Assembly: GCA_016735295.1 (NCBI GenBank) | Contig: JAERRU010000006.1 | Span: forward strand, 138,766 to 202,765 | From: SAR324 cluster bacterium | GTDB taxonomy: Bacteria; SAR324; XYD2-FULL-50-16; JAERRU01 | Direction: 5' to 3' | DNA length: 64,000 nt | Shown here: positions 24,401 to 34,437 of the stretch, piece after piece | Layout of the letters: every line of letters starts with the position of its first letter | Numbering within the stretch: the first letter of the stretch is position 1 | Notes under the pieces: model-generated | What the model was told of the DNA's origin: nothing | The model's database searches: none | The model's input: only the letters and a program-made list of their open reading frames with translations | Translations under genes and position numbers: made by a program

Positions 24401-26348
24401 CTTTTAGTGATGCCTTGAAGAAATCAATAAATCTTTTCGATAAATCAGAAAAATCAGCTACCGATATATGAGGATGACTAGATAAAAACATTTGCACATA
24501 AACATTTTTACCGGCTATTTTTAATAATATTTGATCACTATTAGTCGGCTCTAATCCTAAAGAATCGAATTTTAAAAAGGTCTTTCTTAAACTATAATTG
24601 GTAAAAGAATAAATAGTTATTTTAGATTTAGTATCCCCTTTTCTTCTTATAATAATTCGGTCTTGGCCATCGGCTAAAAGCTTATCTATTTCTATAATAT
24701 CTCTTAGGGCGTCTTGCGGAGAAACGACAGAACGATAATTTTCCGGTAAATCACTGTTTATAATATCAGCAATGCTAATTGATTTTTGGGTGGAAGGCAG
24801 GGCTAGCGATAGTTCTTTTAATGATTCTTGCCAAGATTTTAGCTTGTTACGTAATATCTGAGAAAGGCTGTCTATATCAAGCAATTCTATCTTTTTCCAA
24901 TCAATCAGCCAAGCAAAGTGGATATGAGCTAATTGTTTATATACGAAAAAATAAAAATAGTTGGCATCTTTTCCCCAATATTTTTTGAATTCTTTTTTGA
25001 TGGTATCTACTGCCACAGTAGACATTTTTTCTAATGGCAAAATTACTGTAATTCTAATATAATCAATCCCCGGTTTGGTGTATACATGCATCATAAGTTG
25101 ATTTACTTCCCATAAATCCTGAGCTCGCTTATAAAGATAAATCAATTCTTCTCGATCCATCCTGAATAGCTCTTGGCGGGGAATATGACCATATAGCTCT
25201 ATAATATTTTTGTAATCATGGCTGTCTAATAACAAGCCTATTTTTTCAAAAACACCGGCTAATTTAAGGCGAACAATGGGGATATTTAAAATATACTCAT
25301 GATGAGATTTATTACTAAACACACAAGGCAGTACCACCACCACGGTGTTATAATTTTCATCATATATCTTATGCAAAGCTAAGATAAGCCTACTTCTATC
25401 TCTTAGTAGGGGCTTGAAATTAATTTCCATCAAGCTATTTCGTAAATGGCTTTTAGAGAAATATAATAAGGCCTCTAACACCATTCTTTGAGTGGCGTGG
25501 TCATTATCTTTTATAATTAATTTAAGCCACCCCAAAGGGTTTTTAATGTCTTGCCAATTGATATTTTTGGTGATTTTATTTTCTAAAATTGATCCATAGC
25601 CAAAAAATATAATATTTCCCCCTAAATACCAACGAAATATCGCTCGCTGCTCTGCATCAGAAATAGATTCTCCCACGCCGTCTTGATGAACGATAGTATG
25701 CTTTTCACAGGCCACTTTTATAGATGGAAAATCATCCACCACAACTTTTAAGAGATTCAAAGTTTGGTCAATTTCTAATGAAAAAACTTGACTAGAAAAA
25801 TCACTATGATGACGCACAATACAACAAACGTAAGACAATCTAATCTTAGATTCAGCATTAGCGAGGTCTATCACCTTGCACCTTCCCCTCACTTTAATGA
25901 GGGAGAATATAGGATGAATCAGCATATTAACTTTTAGCTGATGGATACCTAGCAGATTATAAAAATTATCAATAATGAAAGGTCTATCGTCAGCCGCTAT
26001 TTCAATTAAAGAAAAATGATCTAAATTAACCGGCAAGTGTGTACCTTTTTTGAGCATCTGCCGATTTATTTGCTCGCTAATATCGCTTATTTTGATGTGG
26101 TGAGACTTATTTTTCTTACTAATAAAAAATTCAAACCTATCCCAAAAAAATTGAGCTAATTCTTTTTTATTAAAGCCAGCACAAAATTCGTTAGGTGCCA
26201 ATTCAAGCAAAATAAGTGCAAAATTATGCCACACATCTTGTAAATCAGAAAATGAATCAGGAATACTAAAATCGTCTGTTAAAAATTTGGTAAATCCTTG
26301 TTTGTCATTACCAATAAGGGAATTAGATGTGTTGTCGCTATTATTCAT
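21477..26348 (-). CDS. gdhB: Large (about 180 kDa class) NAD-specific glutamate dehydrogenase
   Basis: 1623 aa. Central catalytic region with HLRGGKISRGGIRHSDR...VPVGSKGGF...VVAADKGTA...GDMSGDVFGNGML, characteristic of the bacterial giant NAD-GDH family. Confidence 0.9.
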   Translation of the reverse strand: MNNSDNTSNSLIGNDKQGFTKFLTDDFSIPDSFSDLQDVWHNFALILLELAPNEFCAGFNKKELAQFFWDRFEFFISKKNKSHHIKISDISEQINRQMLKKGTHLPVNLDHFSLIEIAADDRPFIIDNFYNLLGIHQLKVNMLIHPIFSLIKVRGRCKVIDLANAESKIRLSYVCCIVRHHSDFSSQVFSLEIDQTLNLLKVVVDDFPSIKVACEKHTIVHQDGVGESISDAEQRAIFRWYLGGNIIFFGYGSILENKITKNINWQDIKNPLGWLKLIIKDNDHATQRMVLEALLYFSKSHLRNSLMEINFKPLLRDRSRLILALHKIYDENYNTVVVVLPCVFSNKSHHEYILNIPIVRLKLAGVFEKIGLLLDSHDYKNIIELYGHIPRQELFRMDREELIYLYKRAQDLWEVNQLMMHVYTKPGIDYIRITVILPLEKMSTVAVDTIKKEFKKYWGKDANYFYFFVYKQLAHIHFAWLIDWKKIELLDIDSLSQILRNKLKSWQESLKELSLALPSTQKSISIADIINSDLPENYRSVVSPQDALRDIIEIDKLLADGQDRIIIRRKGDTKSKITIYSFTNYSLRKTFLKFDSLGLEPTNSDQILLKIAGKNVYVQMFLSSHPHISVADFSDLSKRFIDFFKASLKEEIRNDAIFSLLFSTRLTTKQIEILKAYRNYLSLTNVAFSQVNLTKVLLDYPNFSENLVDYFEQKFIPVQKIKGDRNKYLTKKITYLNEEIAKSETVLEDIALKSLVAIASTTIRTNYYLKNYQALAIKIDCSANEYIPTPKPLYEIFVINDILEGVHLRGGKISRGGIRHSDRLDDYRSEVLDLMQTQMLKNVLIVPVGSKGGFIVNKSWPSRKEQLAELPNYYKDYIKSLLSLTDTIKNGKAVHPEGLITYDGYDPYLVVAADKGTASYSDFANQISLEANYWLGDAFASGGSNGYNHKSLGITARGAFECLKIHFQELGFDFKKDIFRMVAIGDMSGDVFGNGMLLSENIKLVGAFNHLYIFIDPTPNPKTSFTERKRLFNLANSSWKDYNQSLISKGGGIFSRNSKSITLTPEMKNLLRSTQKSLSGIEMIREILLLDVEVIFNGGIGVYIKSSNETNGQAGDKSNDNVRVDASDLNAKIILEGGNLGVTPLGRIEFNLAGGLINNDAIDNSAGVDMSDREVNIKILLNELANQGKIKTATKRQEIFNALSDSVTKLCLINNQLQSYRISLDQRRSKIEGNYYISEIEHLETVANLSRKDNDIPKFQWFINLLKQNLAIPRPLLAILLAHMKNYVYNIIFQSDLADSAYMDHYFQEYFPTALQKEFDLKNTSHPLRREIICATLTNFFINRNGMIFLANVHVITSNKVIDIIKSFFIVNTFFPHAEKGLMDSLLKECRPGGFDKACRLVMDVENIVKERTVWLLANFAPRKLNLDSLSSFKNSLDEFLKQPASVKYHPNTAKLNKKKQQLIDLGYSKKIVDAYMSQVSLNNPFESVFLHKVSNLSFKEIQVIIHQMEDYFNFAVIENMLFETISTDEWEKAFVGGLILKTNLIKRGYYRIVGLYINKVGPQNAFDQFISDIEPMLHKYRKAWLKFYANQDNHLKAISVLLDKLNRYLKISKKSASVEEIK

Positions 26349-26418
26349 GGGATAAAAAAAGGGTTGATTAAACTAAACGAGTCTTCAACTATTTTGAAAA
26401 AATCATTCCTAGTGGTAG

Positions 26419-26447
26419 ATTTTATTCCTACTATGGTGAGGCGTCAA
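26419..26447 (-). promoter_or_regulatory. Candidate sigma-70 promoter for gdhB (TTGACG-17 nt-TAAAAT on the minus strand)
   Basis: The reverse complement reads ttgacg cctcaccatagtaggaa taaaat, about 70 nt upstream of the gdhB ATG. Confidence 0.4.
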
Positions 26448-26464
26448 CTAAAAAAAATGCTGAC

Positions 26465-27952
26465 CTATTCTAAATCAGAGGGATGTTTCATAATCTCTTT
26501 ACGCACTTCTAGTGATTGTTGATAACAAAAACTAGATCCAGCGCTATCACTATTATCGTAATAAATCTTGCCCAACTTATCTAAAATACTTAGCTGACCT
26601 TCCAAATCTTTTAACTTTCGGCGGATAGCTAACTGGTTTTGATAAGCCTCTACTAATTTATCAGGCTCATTTATCTCTATGTAGGCAGTAACTATATCAG
26701 AATATAATATATCCATATCGCCAAATTCCTGATTGCTCCTCTTCAAACTTAAAGCAGTAATAAAAAATGGGATAGCAAATTTATGGGCGGTAGCATTTCT
26801 AAAAAGTTCAGTTACCTGATAAATATGATTATTAAATTTTTCATCATCTTTAGATATTTGATGAGAGAAATAATCTAAAAATTTAGTGCGTGCTTCAGCA
26901 AAATTCTTTTCTTTTACATGGGCAATCCCGCAAAGGAAGTTAAGTTCTCCTCTCTCATCTTGCTTAAGCGGAATTAAATTATCTTTTAAAAAATCACTAG
27001 CCGTGGTTATGGCGTCTTGATAATTTTCATCATCAATCAATTGTTTCATCTTAGTGATATTCTCTTGGCCTGGCCCAGTTAATTCTTCCACCAAGTTTGT
27101 AGATATCTTGTCGGTAGTTGGTATTATTTCCGATTTTAGAGCGTGATCAGATAATTCATCATTTAAATCACTTGATATAATGGGCGAAGATATATCCTGA
27201 GAAGCTTCTTGCGGGCTAGTTTTTATCTGGTTTATGGATTTTTTTTCCGTTAATAAGGGGCTATTATTTTCACTGATTAGCTCATCAAAAATAGAATCCA
27301 CAGATTCTTGACCAACAATATTAGCCCTTGATGGTTTGTTAGTTTGGGATAGCGTATGTTTATTTTGTTGAGCGATAGCAGATTTTTCGCTTGATTTGCG
27401 GCTATATGCATTATTGGCAGTAGAGATGTTATTAAGGTTGCCAGCTAATTTTTCTTTTTTAGCAGCGCCTTGATGAGCCAAGTTTTTTTGTTTTCGTTTA
27501 GCGGTTTTAGATATGCTTACCTTAACCTTTTCTTTTTCTTTAGCCAAAGCAGGTTCAGGTTTTATGGTTTGTTTGATGGGTTGATAATCTCTTTGCTGAG
27601 TTAAAATAATCGGTGCGTGCTTATTTTCAGCTGCTTTAGTTTGCAAAGTCCTTTCAAAGGCAGCGAGCACCCCTCGATCAATGGGGATAATTTTATTTTT
27701 CCTAGCTTCCTCTTTAGTTAAAACAGATGAATTTTCACTTTTTCCTTTAGTGTGAGCTAGCTTGCGTTGACTAGCTTTTTGATTAGTATAATCGTGTTCT
27801 TCTATTTCTACTATATGGCTTTTTAGATAATAGATCATTATGCTAAATACAAACAGCAAACCTACCATAGCCAAAGCTATGCTACTGCCGAAATAATAAT
27901 AAGCCATAACCGCAAATACGGATAACAAGGAAACAGATAGTGTTTTTAGCAT
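26465..27952 (-). CDS. Membrane-anchored hypothetical protein with a Lys/Ser-rich low-complexity linker and a C-terminal TPR-like domain
   Basis: Two N-terminal TM helices, ~250 aa of low-complexity sequence, then a helical-repeat region (YQDAITTASDFL..., FAEARTKFLDYF..., LVEAYQNQLAIRRKL). Confidence 0.6.
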   Translation of the reverse strand: MLKTLSVSLLSVFAVMAYYYFGSSIALAMVGLLFVFSIMIYYLKSHIVEIEEHDYTNQKASQRKLAHTKGKSENSSVLTKEEARKNKIIPIDRGVLAAFERTLQTKAAENKHAPIILTQQRDYQPIKQTIKPEPALAKEKEKVKVSISKTAKRKQKNLAHQGAAKKEKLAGNLNNISTANNAYSRKSSEKSAIAQQNKHTLSQTNKPSRANIVGQESVDSIFDELISENNSPLLTEKKSINQIKTSPQEASQDISSPIISSDLNDELSDHALKSEIIPTTDKISTNLVEELTGPGQENITKMKQLIDDENYQDAITTASDFLKDNLIPLKQDERGELNFLCGIAHVKEKNFAEARTKFLDYFSHQISKDDEKFNNHIYQVTELFRNATAHKFAIPFFITALSLKRSNQEFGDMDILYSDIVTAYIEINEPDKLVEAYQNQLAIRRKLKDLEGQLSILDKLGKIYYDNSDSAGSSFCYQQSLEVRKEIMKHPSDLE

Positions 27953-28071
27953 AATAATATAAATTATATAATTATTGATAGTTAGCCCATCAACTTTTCT
28001 CTTTTATTCAATAATAGTGAAAGCATAAATTCTGCCAAACTGGGTAAAAAAGGAGAATTTATTTTATTTTT

Positions 28072-28755
28072 TTAAAAAGCAGCAGATAATTTAACTAAAA
28101 TAACCCTGATTAAATTATTAAATTCATCTTCACTGTTGTCGTCAGCATTCAGATTGGCATAATTTATACCTGTCCATAATATAAGTCCAGATTTTACGTC
28201 AATCAACCTTGTTTGAATTTGCATTTTTTGTTTATTAATGTGGGAATTATTCTCAAAATCAGGCCAAAAGTCTATTTGATTGGTAAGAATTAAATCGGCT
28301 TTATGAAAGCTTCCTATATCCCTACTTAAAGATTTTTCTGAGATAGATATTTCATAAAGCAATTTTTGAAATTTATCTAAGCGAGTAACTTCAGATGATT
28401 TAGGAAGATAAGATTGATAGTTGTTATATATATAATGAGAAGTTTTTAAATCTGTGGTTGATAACATCTTTTTTGTATTAGTAAATAGTTTATTTAACAG
28501 ATGATTATCAACATTTTTGAAGCTATTTAATGGAGAATAAAATGGCAAAAGCAGCAAATTTTTATTTTCTAATGAGAATATTTCTTGCTTAGCAGCAGCT
28601 AAAGATTGATTTGTTTTTTCAGCATATATTAGAAAAACAGTTTCTGGAAAATCTGATTTAAAAGAGCGAGAAATTTTATTACAAGAGAATAAAGTAAAGA
28701 TAATTACGAATAAAATTACTAGATAGGGGTAATTTTTTAAATTTTTTTTAGCCAT
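28072..28755 (-). CDS. Hypothetical lipoprotein
   Basis: Lipobox FTLFSC. The C-terminal ADLILTNQI...MQIQTRLIDVKSGLILW pattern is reminiscent of LpoB/CsgG-N-type lipoprotein folds (weak). Confidence 0.55.
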   Translation of the reverse strand: MAKKNLKNYPYLVILFVIIFTLFSCNKISRSFKSDFPETVFLIYAEKTNQSLAAAKQEIFSLENKNLLLLPFYSPLNSFKNVDNHLLNKLFTNTKKMLSTTDLKTSHYIYNNYQSYLPKSSEVTRLDKFQKLLYEISISEKSLSRDIGSFHKADLILTNQIDFWPDFENNSHINKQKMQIQTRLIDVKSGLILWTGINYANLNADDNSEDEFNNLIRVILVKLSAAF

Positions 28756-29077
28756 AATGTTTCATAATAAAAAATTGTTTTATATTATACCCAACAAGGA
28801 TTAAAGCTGGTAGTGCTTTCTCATTTAAATTAAATAATTAATTCTTTTTAAATTTAATGTTTGAAAAAAATAGCAAACTATTATAGAACCGAAAGCGTGT
28901 AGGACTTTTTAAGTAAAAAATTAGTATACATCTCAAATCTAAAATGAAAATAATAAAAATAGGTTTGAAGATGAATAATTAAATTTTATTTTTTGATTTT
29001 AAGTTCATGCATAATACTATTTAAATATCGTAAGTAAGTTATTAACAATAACAATAAACTAAACAAAGGTAGAGCTT

Positions 29078-29305
29078 ATGGAATTTGTAGAAGTAATAAA
29101 AAGGATCTTAGGCGTGGGTTGGATCGCTTTAGGCCTTTATATTGGGTACGATCGTATCATAGACAGTTACGCCAAAATTACAAGTGGAGGTTTGTCTGAT
29201 CAGATATTTGGTTGGATACTATTACTGGTTTTAAACCCAATAATAGTTTTTTCTTTAGTAGTATTTGGTTATTTTGCCGTTATTGGTGAATATGCGAAGG
29301 ATTAA
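29078..29305 (+). CDS. Small two-TM membrane protein
   Basis: 75 aa with two clear hydrophobic helices. It lies 60-66 nt upstream of the MFS transporter on the same strand. Confidence 0.55.
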   Translation: MEFVEVIKRILGVGWIALGLYIGYDRIIDSYAKITSGGLSDQIFGWILLLVLNPIIVFSLVVFGYFAVIGEYAKD

Positions 29306-29371
29306 TTTTTTAAAAACTTTTTTCATAGACGATTAAGGTTAACAATATTTATGAATTTAACATAGTTGATT

Positions 29372-30883
29372 ATGGCAACACAAAAATTACAAACGCAAGG
29401 ATTACCACGGGTAGTTTTTGCCTCTTCAGTTGGAACTCTCATAGAATGGTATGATTTTTATCTATTTGGGAGTTTAGCATCGATTATTTCGTTACAATTT
29501 TTCCCTAAAGGAAATCCCACCGCGGCTTTATTGTCAACATTGGCAGCCTTCGCCGCGGGTTTTGTTGTGCGTCCATTTGGGGCGGTATTTTTTGGGCGAT
29601 TAGGTGATCTAGTCGGTCGGAAATATACTTTTTTAGTCACTTTATCTCTTATGGGAGGAGCAACATTTTTGATAGGGCTAGTGCCCAGCTATGAAACAAT
29701 AGGTTTTTTAGCACCAGCAATAGTGGTATCATTAAGGCTTTTACAAGGTTTAGCATTAGGTGGTGAATATGGAGGAGCAACAACTTATGTAGGCGAGCAT
29801 TCTCCAGTTGGTAAACGAGGTTTTTATACATCATGGATTCAAACCACGGCCACAGTGGGTCTTTTGGTTTCGCTTTTGGTAATTCAAGGTGTAAAGGGAA
29901 GCATGAGCGAGCAAGATTTTGCTGATTGGGGATGGAGAATTCCTTTCTTACTGTCCATTTTCTTGTTAATGATTTCTATCTACATTAGGGTAAGGATGGA
30001 AGAATCTCCTTTATTTAAAAAATTAAAAGATGAAGGAAAAATATCAACTAACCCATTAAAAGAAAGTTTTGGTAATAAGAAAAACCTAAAGTATGTATTG
30101 CTAGCACTGCTAGGAGCAACTATGGGTCAAGGGGTAATTTGGTATACCGGACAATTTTATGCATTAAGATTTATTAGAAGTCAGGGCATGGAATTTACCC
30201 AAACTAATAATGTAGTTTTAATTGCTTTAGTTTTTGCTACTCCATTTTTCATAGTTTTTGGAGCCTTGTCTGATAAGATAGGTAGAAAATGGATTATGGC
30301 TCTGGGTATGTTTTTAGGGATTATGACCTATTTCCCGATTTATAAGAAGATGCATGGCGTTATTGATACGTCAAACAAAGTTAAGATAGAAGCGTCTTCT
30401 AGTGAATCTACTGGATCGATGGTTGAAGATAACACTCGTTATGATGTGACTACTGCTAATAATCAGTATACTGATGGTACTAAAGCAAAAATCGTCACTA
30501 AAATTAACCTTGAAACAGGGGAGGAGACAGTTAAACGCACGATAAATTTGGGGGACAATGCTTTCTGGTGGCTTGTGGTGCTAATTTTCATACAGGTTAT
30601 CTATGTCACCATGGTGTATGGCCCTATAGCGGCCTTCTTGATAGAGCTATTTCCTACCAAGATCAGATACACCTCAATGTCGCTGCCTTATCATATAGGT
30701 AATGGTGTATTTGGCGGGCTAGTGCCACTTATATCTACCGCGTTGGTGGTGTTTGCCACACAAAGGGGCGATGATGATGCCTACCTAGCAGGACTGTGGT
30801 ATCCGATTGGGGTGGCAGCAGTTTGTTTGGTGATATCAGTGTTTTATATTAATCACCGATCATACCAAATGGCTGAAGATTAG
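29372..30883 (+). CDS. MFS transporter, metabolite:H+ symporter (MHS) family, with a ~75-aa hydrophilic insertion
   Basis: IEWYDFYLFGSLA, the GRLGDLVGRKYTF MFS signature and LQGLALGGEYGGA. The ORF track starts at TTG 29366; ATG 29372 is more likely. The hydrophilic insertion is encoded at about 30344-30560. Confidence 0.8.
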   Translation: MATQKLQTQGLPRVVFASSVGTLIEWYDFYLFGSLASIISLQFFPKGNPTAALLSTLAAFAAGFVVRPFGAVFFGRLGDLVGRKYTFLVTLSLMGGATFLIGLVPSYETIGFLAPAIVVSLRLLQGLALGGEYGGATTYVGEHSPVGKRGFYTSWIQTTATVGLLVSLLVIQGVKGSMSEQDFADWGWRIPFLLSIFLLMISIYIRVRMEESPLFKKLKDEGKISTNPLKESFGNKKNLKYVLLALLGATMGQGVIWYTGQFYALRFIRSQGMEFTQTNNVVLIALVFATPFFIVFGALSDKIGRKWIMALGMFLGIMTYFPIYKKMHGVIDTSNKVKIEASSSESTGSMVEDNTRYDVTTANNQYTDGTKAKIVTKINLETGEETVKRTINLGDNAFWWLVVLIFIQVIYVTMVYGPIAAFLIELFPTKIRYTSMSLPYHIGNGVFGGLVPLISTALVVFATQRGDDDAYLAGLWYPIGVAAVCLVISVFYINHRSYQMAED

Positions 30884-30951
30884 ATTGTCATCTACCTTAA
30901 CCTTGATTATCGTTCAGGGTTAAGGCAATACTTTTTCACTTTTGTGAGACA

Positions 30952-30990
30952 CCCAAGCTTCAGTAAATTAGGGAGCTTGGGTTTTTTTTT
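30952..30990 (+). terminator. Rho-independent terminator after the MFS gene
   Basis: cccaagct-N14-agcttggg followed by T9. It is preceded by a second hairpin, ccttaacc-N14-ggttaagg (30894-30925). Confidence 0.75.
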
Positions 30991-31101
30991 ATAAATTTTA
31001 ATTATAGATAATTATAGACTAGGTCTTCTATGAAGAGAGGTGATTAATTTTTTAGTATAATTAATCAACTAATCAATCAATAACATTAACTCAATAAATA
31101 G

Positions 31102-33033
31102 ATGAAAGAAGTATATGATATTCCTAAAAATTTTAGCAACGCTAATATAACGCCTGAATTATACAAAAATATGTATCAGGAGTCTATTGAAGATCCGGAA
31201 ACTTTTTGGGCAGAGCAAGCTAAAAGCTTAAGTTGGATAAAAGATTTTGATAAGGTAAAAGATTCAGATTTCACCAAACCTCATATAGAATGGTTTAAAG
31301 GCGGAAAGCTAAATGCCTGTTACAATTGTGTTGATAGGCATCTTGAAAAAAATAAAGATAAGGTTGCTTTGTTGTGGGAGGCTGACGATCCTAATGAGGC
31401 GTCTCGCCATATTACATATCAGGAATTATATCAGCAAGTTAACAGATTAAGTAGTGTACTAAAAAATAATGGAGTAAAAAAAGGCGATAAGGTCATTATA
31501 TATATGCCTATGGTGCCCGAATTGGCGTTTTCATGTTTGGCGTGTGCTCGGATAGGGGCAGTGCATTCGGTAGTATTTGGTGGTTTTAGTGCAGAATCTT
31601 TGCTCACTAGAATTAAAGATTGTCAGGCTAAGATAGTAATCACAGCCGATGGAGGTTTTCGAGGGAAAAAGGTGATTGATTTGAAGGAAATATGCGATCA
31701 GGCATTAGAAAAATCTGATGTTAAGCAGTGCCTAGTACTCAAACGAACGGGTGCAAAAATTGATATGAAAGAGGGGCGAGACATGTGGTGGCATGAAGAA
31801 ATGGCTAAACCTGAGGTAGTTGATTATATAAAACCAGAGATAATGGACTCAGAAGATCCTTTGTTTATTCTTTATACATCAGGATCTACAGGAAAGCCTA
31901 AGGGGGTTTTGCACACCACGGCGGGCTATCTTTTATACGCATCAATTAGCCATTTGTATGTGTTTGATTATAAGCCGGAGGATATATTTTGGTGCACGGC
32001 TGATATAGGGTGGGTAACCGGTCATACATGGGTTGTCTATGGCCCATTAGCTAACGCGGCTACTAGCTTGATGTTTGAGGGAGTGCCCAACTATCCAGAT
32101 TTTGGTAGATTTTGGGATGTGGTGGATAAGCACAAAGTGAGCATTTTCCATACAGCACCTACCGCGATTAGAGCGATTGCTGGGGCAGGCGATGAATTGG
32201 TTTTGAAGCATAGCCTAGATAGTTTGCGGTTGATAGGCACAGTTGGCGAGCCGATAAATCCTGAGGCTTGGGCCTGGTATCATAAGACTGTAGGGAAAGG
32301 AAGATGCCCTATTGTAGATACCTATTGGCAAACAGAAACAGGTGCGGTGTTGATTGCTCCTTTACCCGGGGCGATAAAAAATAAACCTGGTTCAGCTAGT
32401 TTACCATTTTTTGGTGTTCAATTGCAGTTGCTTGACCCAACTTCAGGCAAGGTAATAGAAGGAGAAGGCAGTGGAGTTTTAGCGATTAAAGATTCTTGGC
32501 CTGGGATAACGCGTACTATTTATGGCGATCACGACAGATTCTTTAAAACTTATTTTAGTCAATATCCAGGTTATTATTTTACTGGAGATGGCTGCAAAAG
32601 AGATAAAGATGGCTATTATTGGATCACTGGGCGAGTAGATGATGTGATTAATGTATCTGGCCATAGGCTAGGCACTGCGGAGATAGAATCAGCATTGGTA
32701 TTGCATAAAAAGGTGGCTGAAGCGGCAGTTATAGGCATGCCTCACCCGATAAAAGGGCAAGGATTATACGCTTTTGTTACTTTAAACGCTTCGGAAAAAC
32801 CGTCTGAAGAGCTCCAAAAAGAGTTAAATGGTTTGCTTAGAAAAGAAATAGGGCCGATTGCTTCGTTAGATGCAATGCAGTGGACGCCTTCTTTACCCAA
32901 AACACGCAGCGGTAAAATTATGCGCCGAATTTTGCGTAAAATAGTGGAAAAAGACGAGGCAAATATTGGGGATATCTCCACATTAGCTGATACTAGCGTG
33001 GTAGAAGAAATCCTAAAAAATCGAGTAATTTAA
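31102..33033 (+). CDS. acs: Acetyl-CoA synthetase (AMP-forming)
   Basis: [19 protein letters not shown]-like (YWQTETG), the [22 protein letters not shown] motif and a C-terminal SGKIMRR. Confidence 0.93.
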   Translation: MKEVYDIPKNFSNANITPELYKNMYQESIEDPETFWAEQAKSLSWIKDFDKVKDSDFTKPHIEWFKGGKLNACYNCVDRHLEKNKDKVALLWEADDPNEASRHITYQELYQQVNRLSSVLKNNGVKKGDKVIIYMPMVPELAFSCLACARIGAVHSVVFGGFSAESLLTRIKDCQAKIVITADGGFRGKKVIDLKEICDQALEKSDVKQCLVLKRTGAKIDMKEGRDMWWHEEMAKPEVVDYIKPEIMDSEDPLFILYTSGSTGKPKGVLHTTAGYLLYASISHLYVFDYKPEDIFWCTADIGWVTGHTWVVYGPLANAATSLMFEGVPNYPDFGRFWDVVDKHKVSIFHTAPTAIRAIAGAGDELVLKHSLDSLRLIGTVGEPINPEAWAWYHKTVGKGRCPIVDTYWQTETGAVLIAPLPGAIKNKPGSASLPFFGVQLQLLDPTSGKVIEGEGSGVLAIKDSWPGITRTIYGDHDRFFKTYFSQYPGYYFTGDGCKRDKDGYYWITGRVDDVINVSGHRLGTAEIESALVLHKKVAEAAVIGMPHPIKGQGLYAFVTLNASEKPSEELQKELNGLLRKEIGPIASLDAMQWTPSLPKTRSGKIMRRILRKIVEKDEANIGDISTLADTSVVEEILKNRVI

Positions 33034-33170
33034 TCATTGATAGTTATTAAACTAAATTGTTAGTGATCGCTTTATCTCGACTGATGGCTAGCTGATAATC
33101 AAGTGAGGGAAAACATCGTTTCTCGGTTTTTGAAATACTTGATATGACGGCTAGAAGTTGAGCAAAAAAA

Positions 33171-33204
33171 AACGCAGACCTAAAAGATAGGTTTGCGTTT
33201 TTTA
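33171..33204. terminator. Bidirectional rho-independent terminator shared by acs (+) and rplL (-)
   Basis: acgcagacc-N8-ggtttgcgt flanked by A9 on the left and T6 on the right. Confidence 0.75.
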
Positions 33205-33234
33205 ATAAATTATTTAACTGAAAGATTTATTTAT

Positions 33235-33612
33235 TTATTTAACAGACGCTTCAGCTCCAGCAGCAGTTAATTTTTTAACCAATTCTTCAGCATCTTTTTT
33301 AGGTAGTGATTCTTTGATTTTACAATTAGCTCCAGCTGATTCTACCAAATCTTTAGATTCTTTTAATCCAAGGCCAGTTATTGTGCGTACTTCTTTTATC
33401 ACATTTATTTTATTAGCACCAAAGTTACTCAATATAACATCAAAACTTTCTTTTTCTGCTTGCTTAGGAGCATCTGCACCAGCGGCAGGGCCAGCAGCAA
33501 CTGCTAATGCTTGGGCACTAACACCAAATTTTTCTTCTAGCTCTTTTACCAATTTAGAAAGGTCTAAAACCGATAATTTCGAAATATGATCAATTAATTG
33601 TTTATTATCCAT
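33235..33612 (-). CDS. rplL: 50S ribosomal protein L7/L12
   Basis: [31 protein letters not shown]...Ala-rich hinge...[24 protein letters not shown]. Confidence 0.95.
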   Translation of the reverse strand: MDNKQLIDHISKLSVLDLSKLVKELEEKFGVSAQALAVAAGPAAGADAPKQAEKESFDVILSNFGANKINVIKEVRTITGLGLKESKDLVESAGANCKIKESLPKKDAEELVKKLTAAGAEASVK

Positions 33613-33668
33613 AATAATATTTTAGGTTGATAATGATTGTTTTAATTAAATTTTAAAAAAGTTAAACA

Positions 33669-34211
33669 TTAAGCAGCTTTTTTAGAGATCGCATCTAAAA
33701 CTCTTACTAATTTAGTAGGGATCTCGTTAAGCGTTCTGACCAATCCCGTGATAGGTGAATTTAAGCAATAGACTAGCTTGACTAATAGCTGTTCTCTAGA
33801 TGCTATTTTGCTTAATTGCACCACATCAATTTCTTCTAAGAAATTTTCACTATCATCAGTGATAATACCACCGATTAATTTGAGTTTTTTATTATTATTT
33901 AACTCATTAATGATAATCTTAGCAGGAGCCACCACATCGTCGTGACCTATGACTAGAGCCGTATCAGCAGATAATTTATCGGATAATATGGATAGTTTAG
34001 TATCATTGAGGGCAATCTTGGTTAACCTATTTTTGATTACTTTAAACTTGCTATTAACGCCAGCTAAATTTTTTCGAAAATCGGTTAATTCTTCGACTGT
34101 CGAGCCTTTATAATTTAATACAAAAACTACATCAGCTTTATTGAGTAGGTTTGTATAGTTTACAATAGTATCGGTTTTGTGATTAGGATACTTGTCTCTT
34201 TTTAAAATCAT
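33669..34211 (-). CDS. rplJ: 50S ribosomal protein L10
   Basis: Position between rplA and rplL. VVFVLNYKGSTVEELTDFRKNL...FKVIKNRL pattern. Confidence 0.9.
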   Translation of the reverse strand: MILKRDKYPNHKTDTIVNYTNLLNKADVVFVLNYKGSTVEELTDFRKNLAGVNSKFKVIKNRLTKIALNDTKLSILSDKLSADTALVIGHDDVVAPAKIIINELNNNKKLKLIGGIITDDSENFLEEIDVVQLSKIASREQLLVKLVYCLNSPITGLVRTLNEIPTKLVRVLDAISKKAA

Positions 34212-34437
34212 CCAGCATTTAGGTTAAATTGATGGTTAAAAAAACCAACGCCAGTGATCAACCTCGAATAAGGAAAAAATATGAGATTGCGAAATCTTTG
34301 ATAACTAAATCTCGGTAGGATTATTTAAGTAAAAACCCCTACTATCTTTGACTTAGTCGAACTGATCTTTGCGCCTTTTAAAAAATAAAATAATTTAATA
34401 ATCTAATAATTAATTATCATAAAATTACTTATCAAAA

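Noticed and set aside
26298-26522. 74-aa + strand ORF across the gdhB start and its upstream region
   Set aside because: It overlaps the gdhB N-terminus, the predicted gdhB promoter and the 3' end of the upstream minus-strand gene, and it has no motifs.
31001-31060. Tandem aattatagat/aattatagac 10-mers and a TATAAT upstream of acs, as an operator/promoter
   Set aside because: There is no convincing -35 at proper spacing, and short AT-rich tandem 10-mers are expected by chance in this DNA.
34212-34437. L10-leader autoregulatory RNA in the 226-nt rplA-rplJ gap
   Set aside because: The position is right, but I could not identify the conserved L10(L12)4-binding kink-turn mimic by eye. It needs a covariance-model scan, so I have not reported it as a feature.
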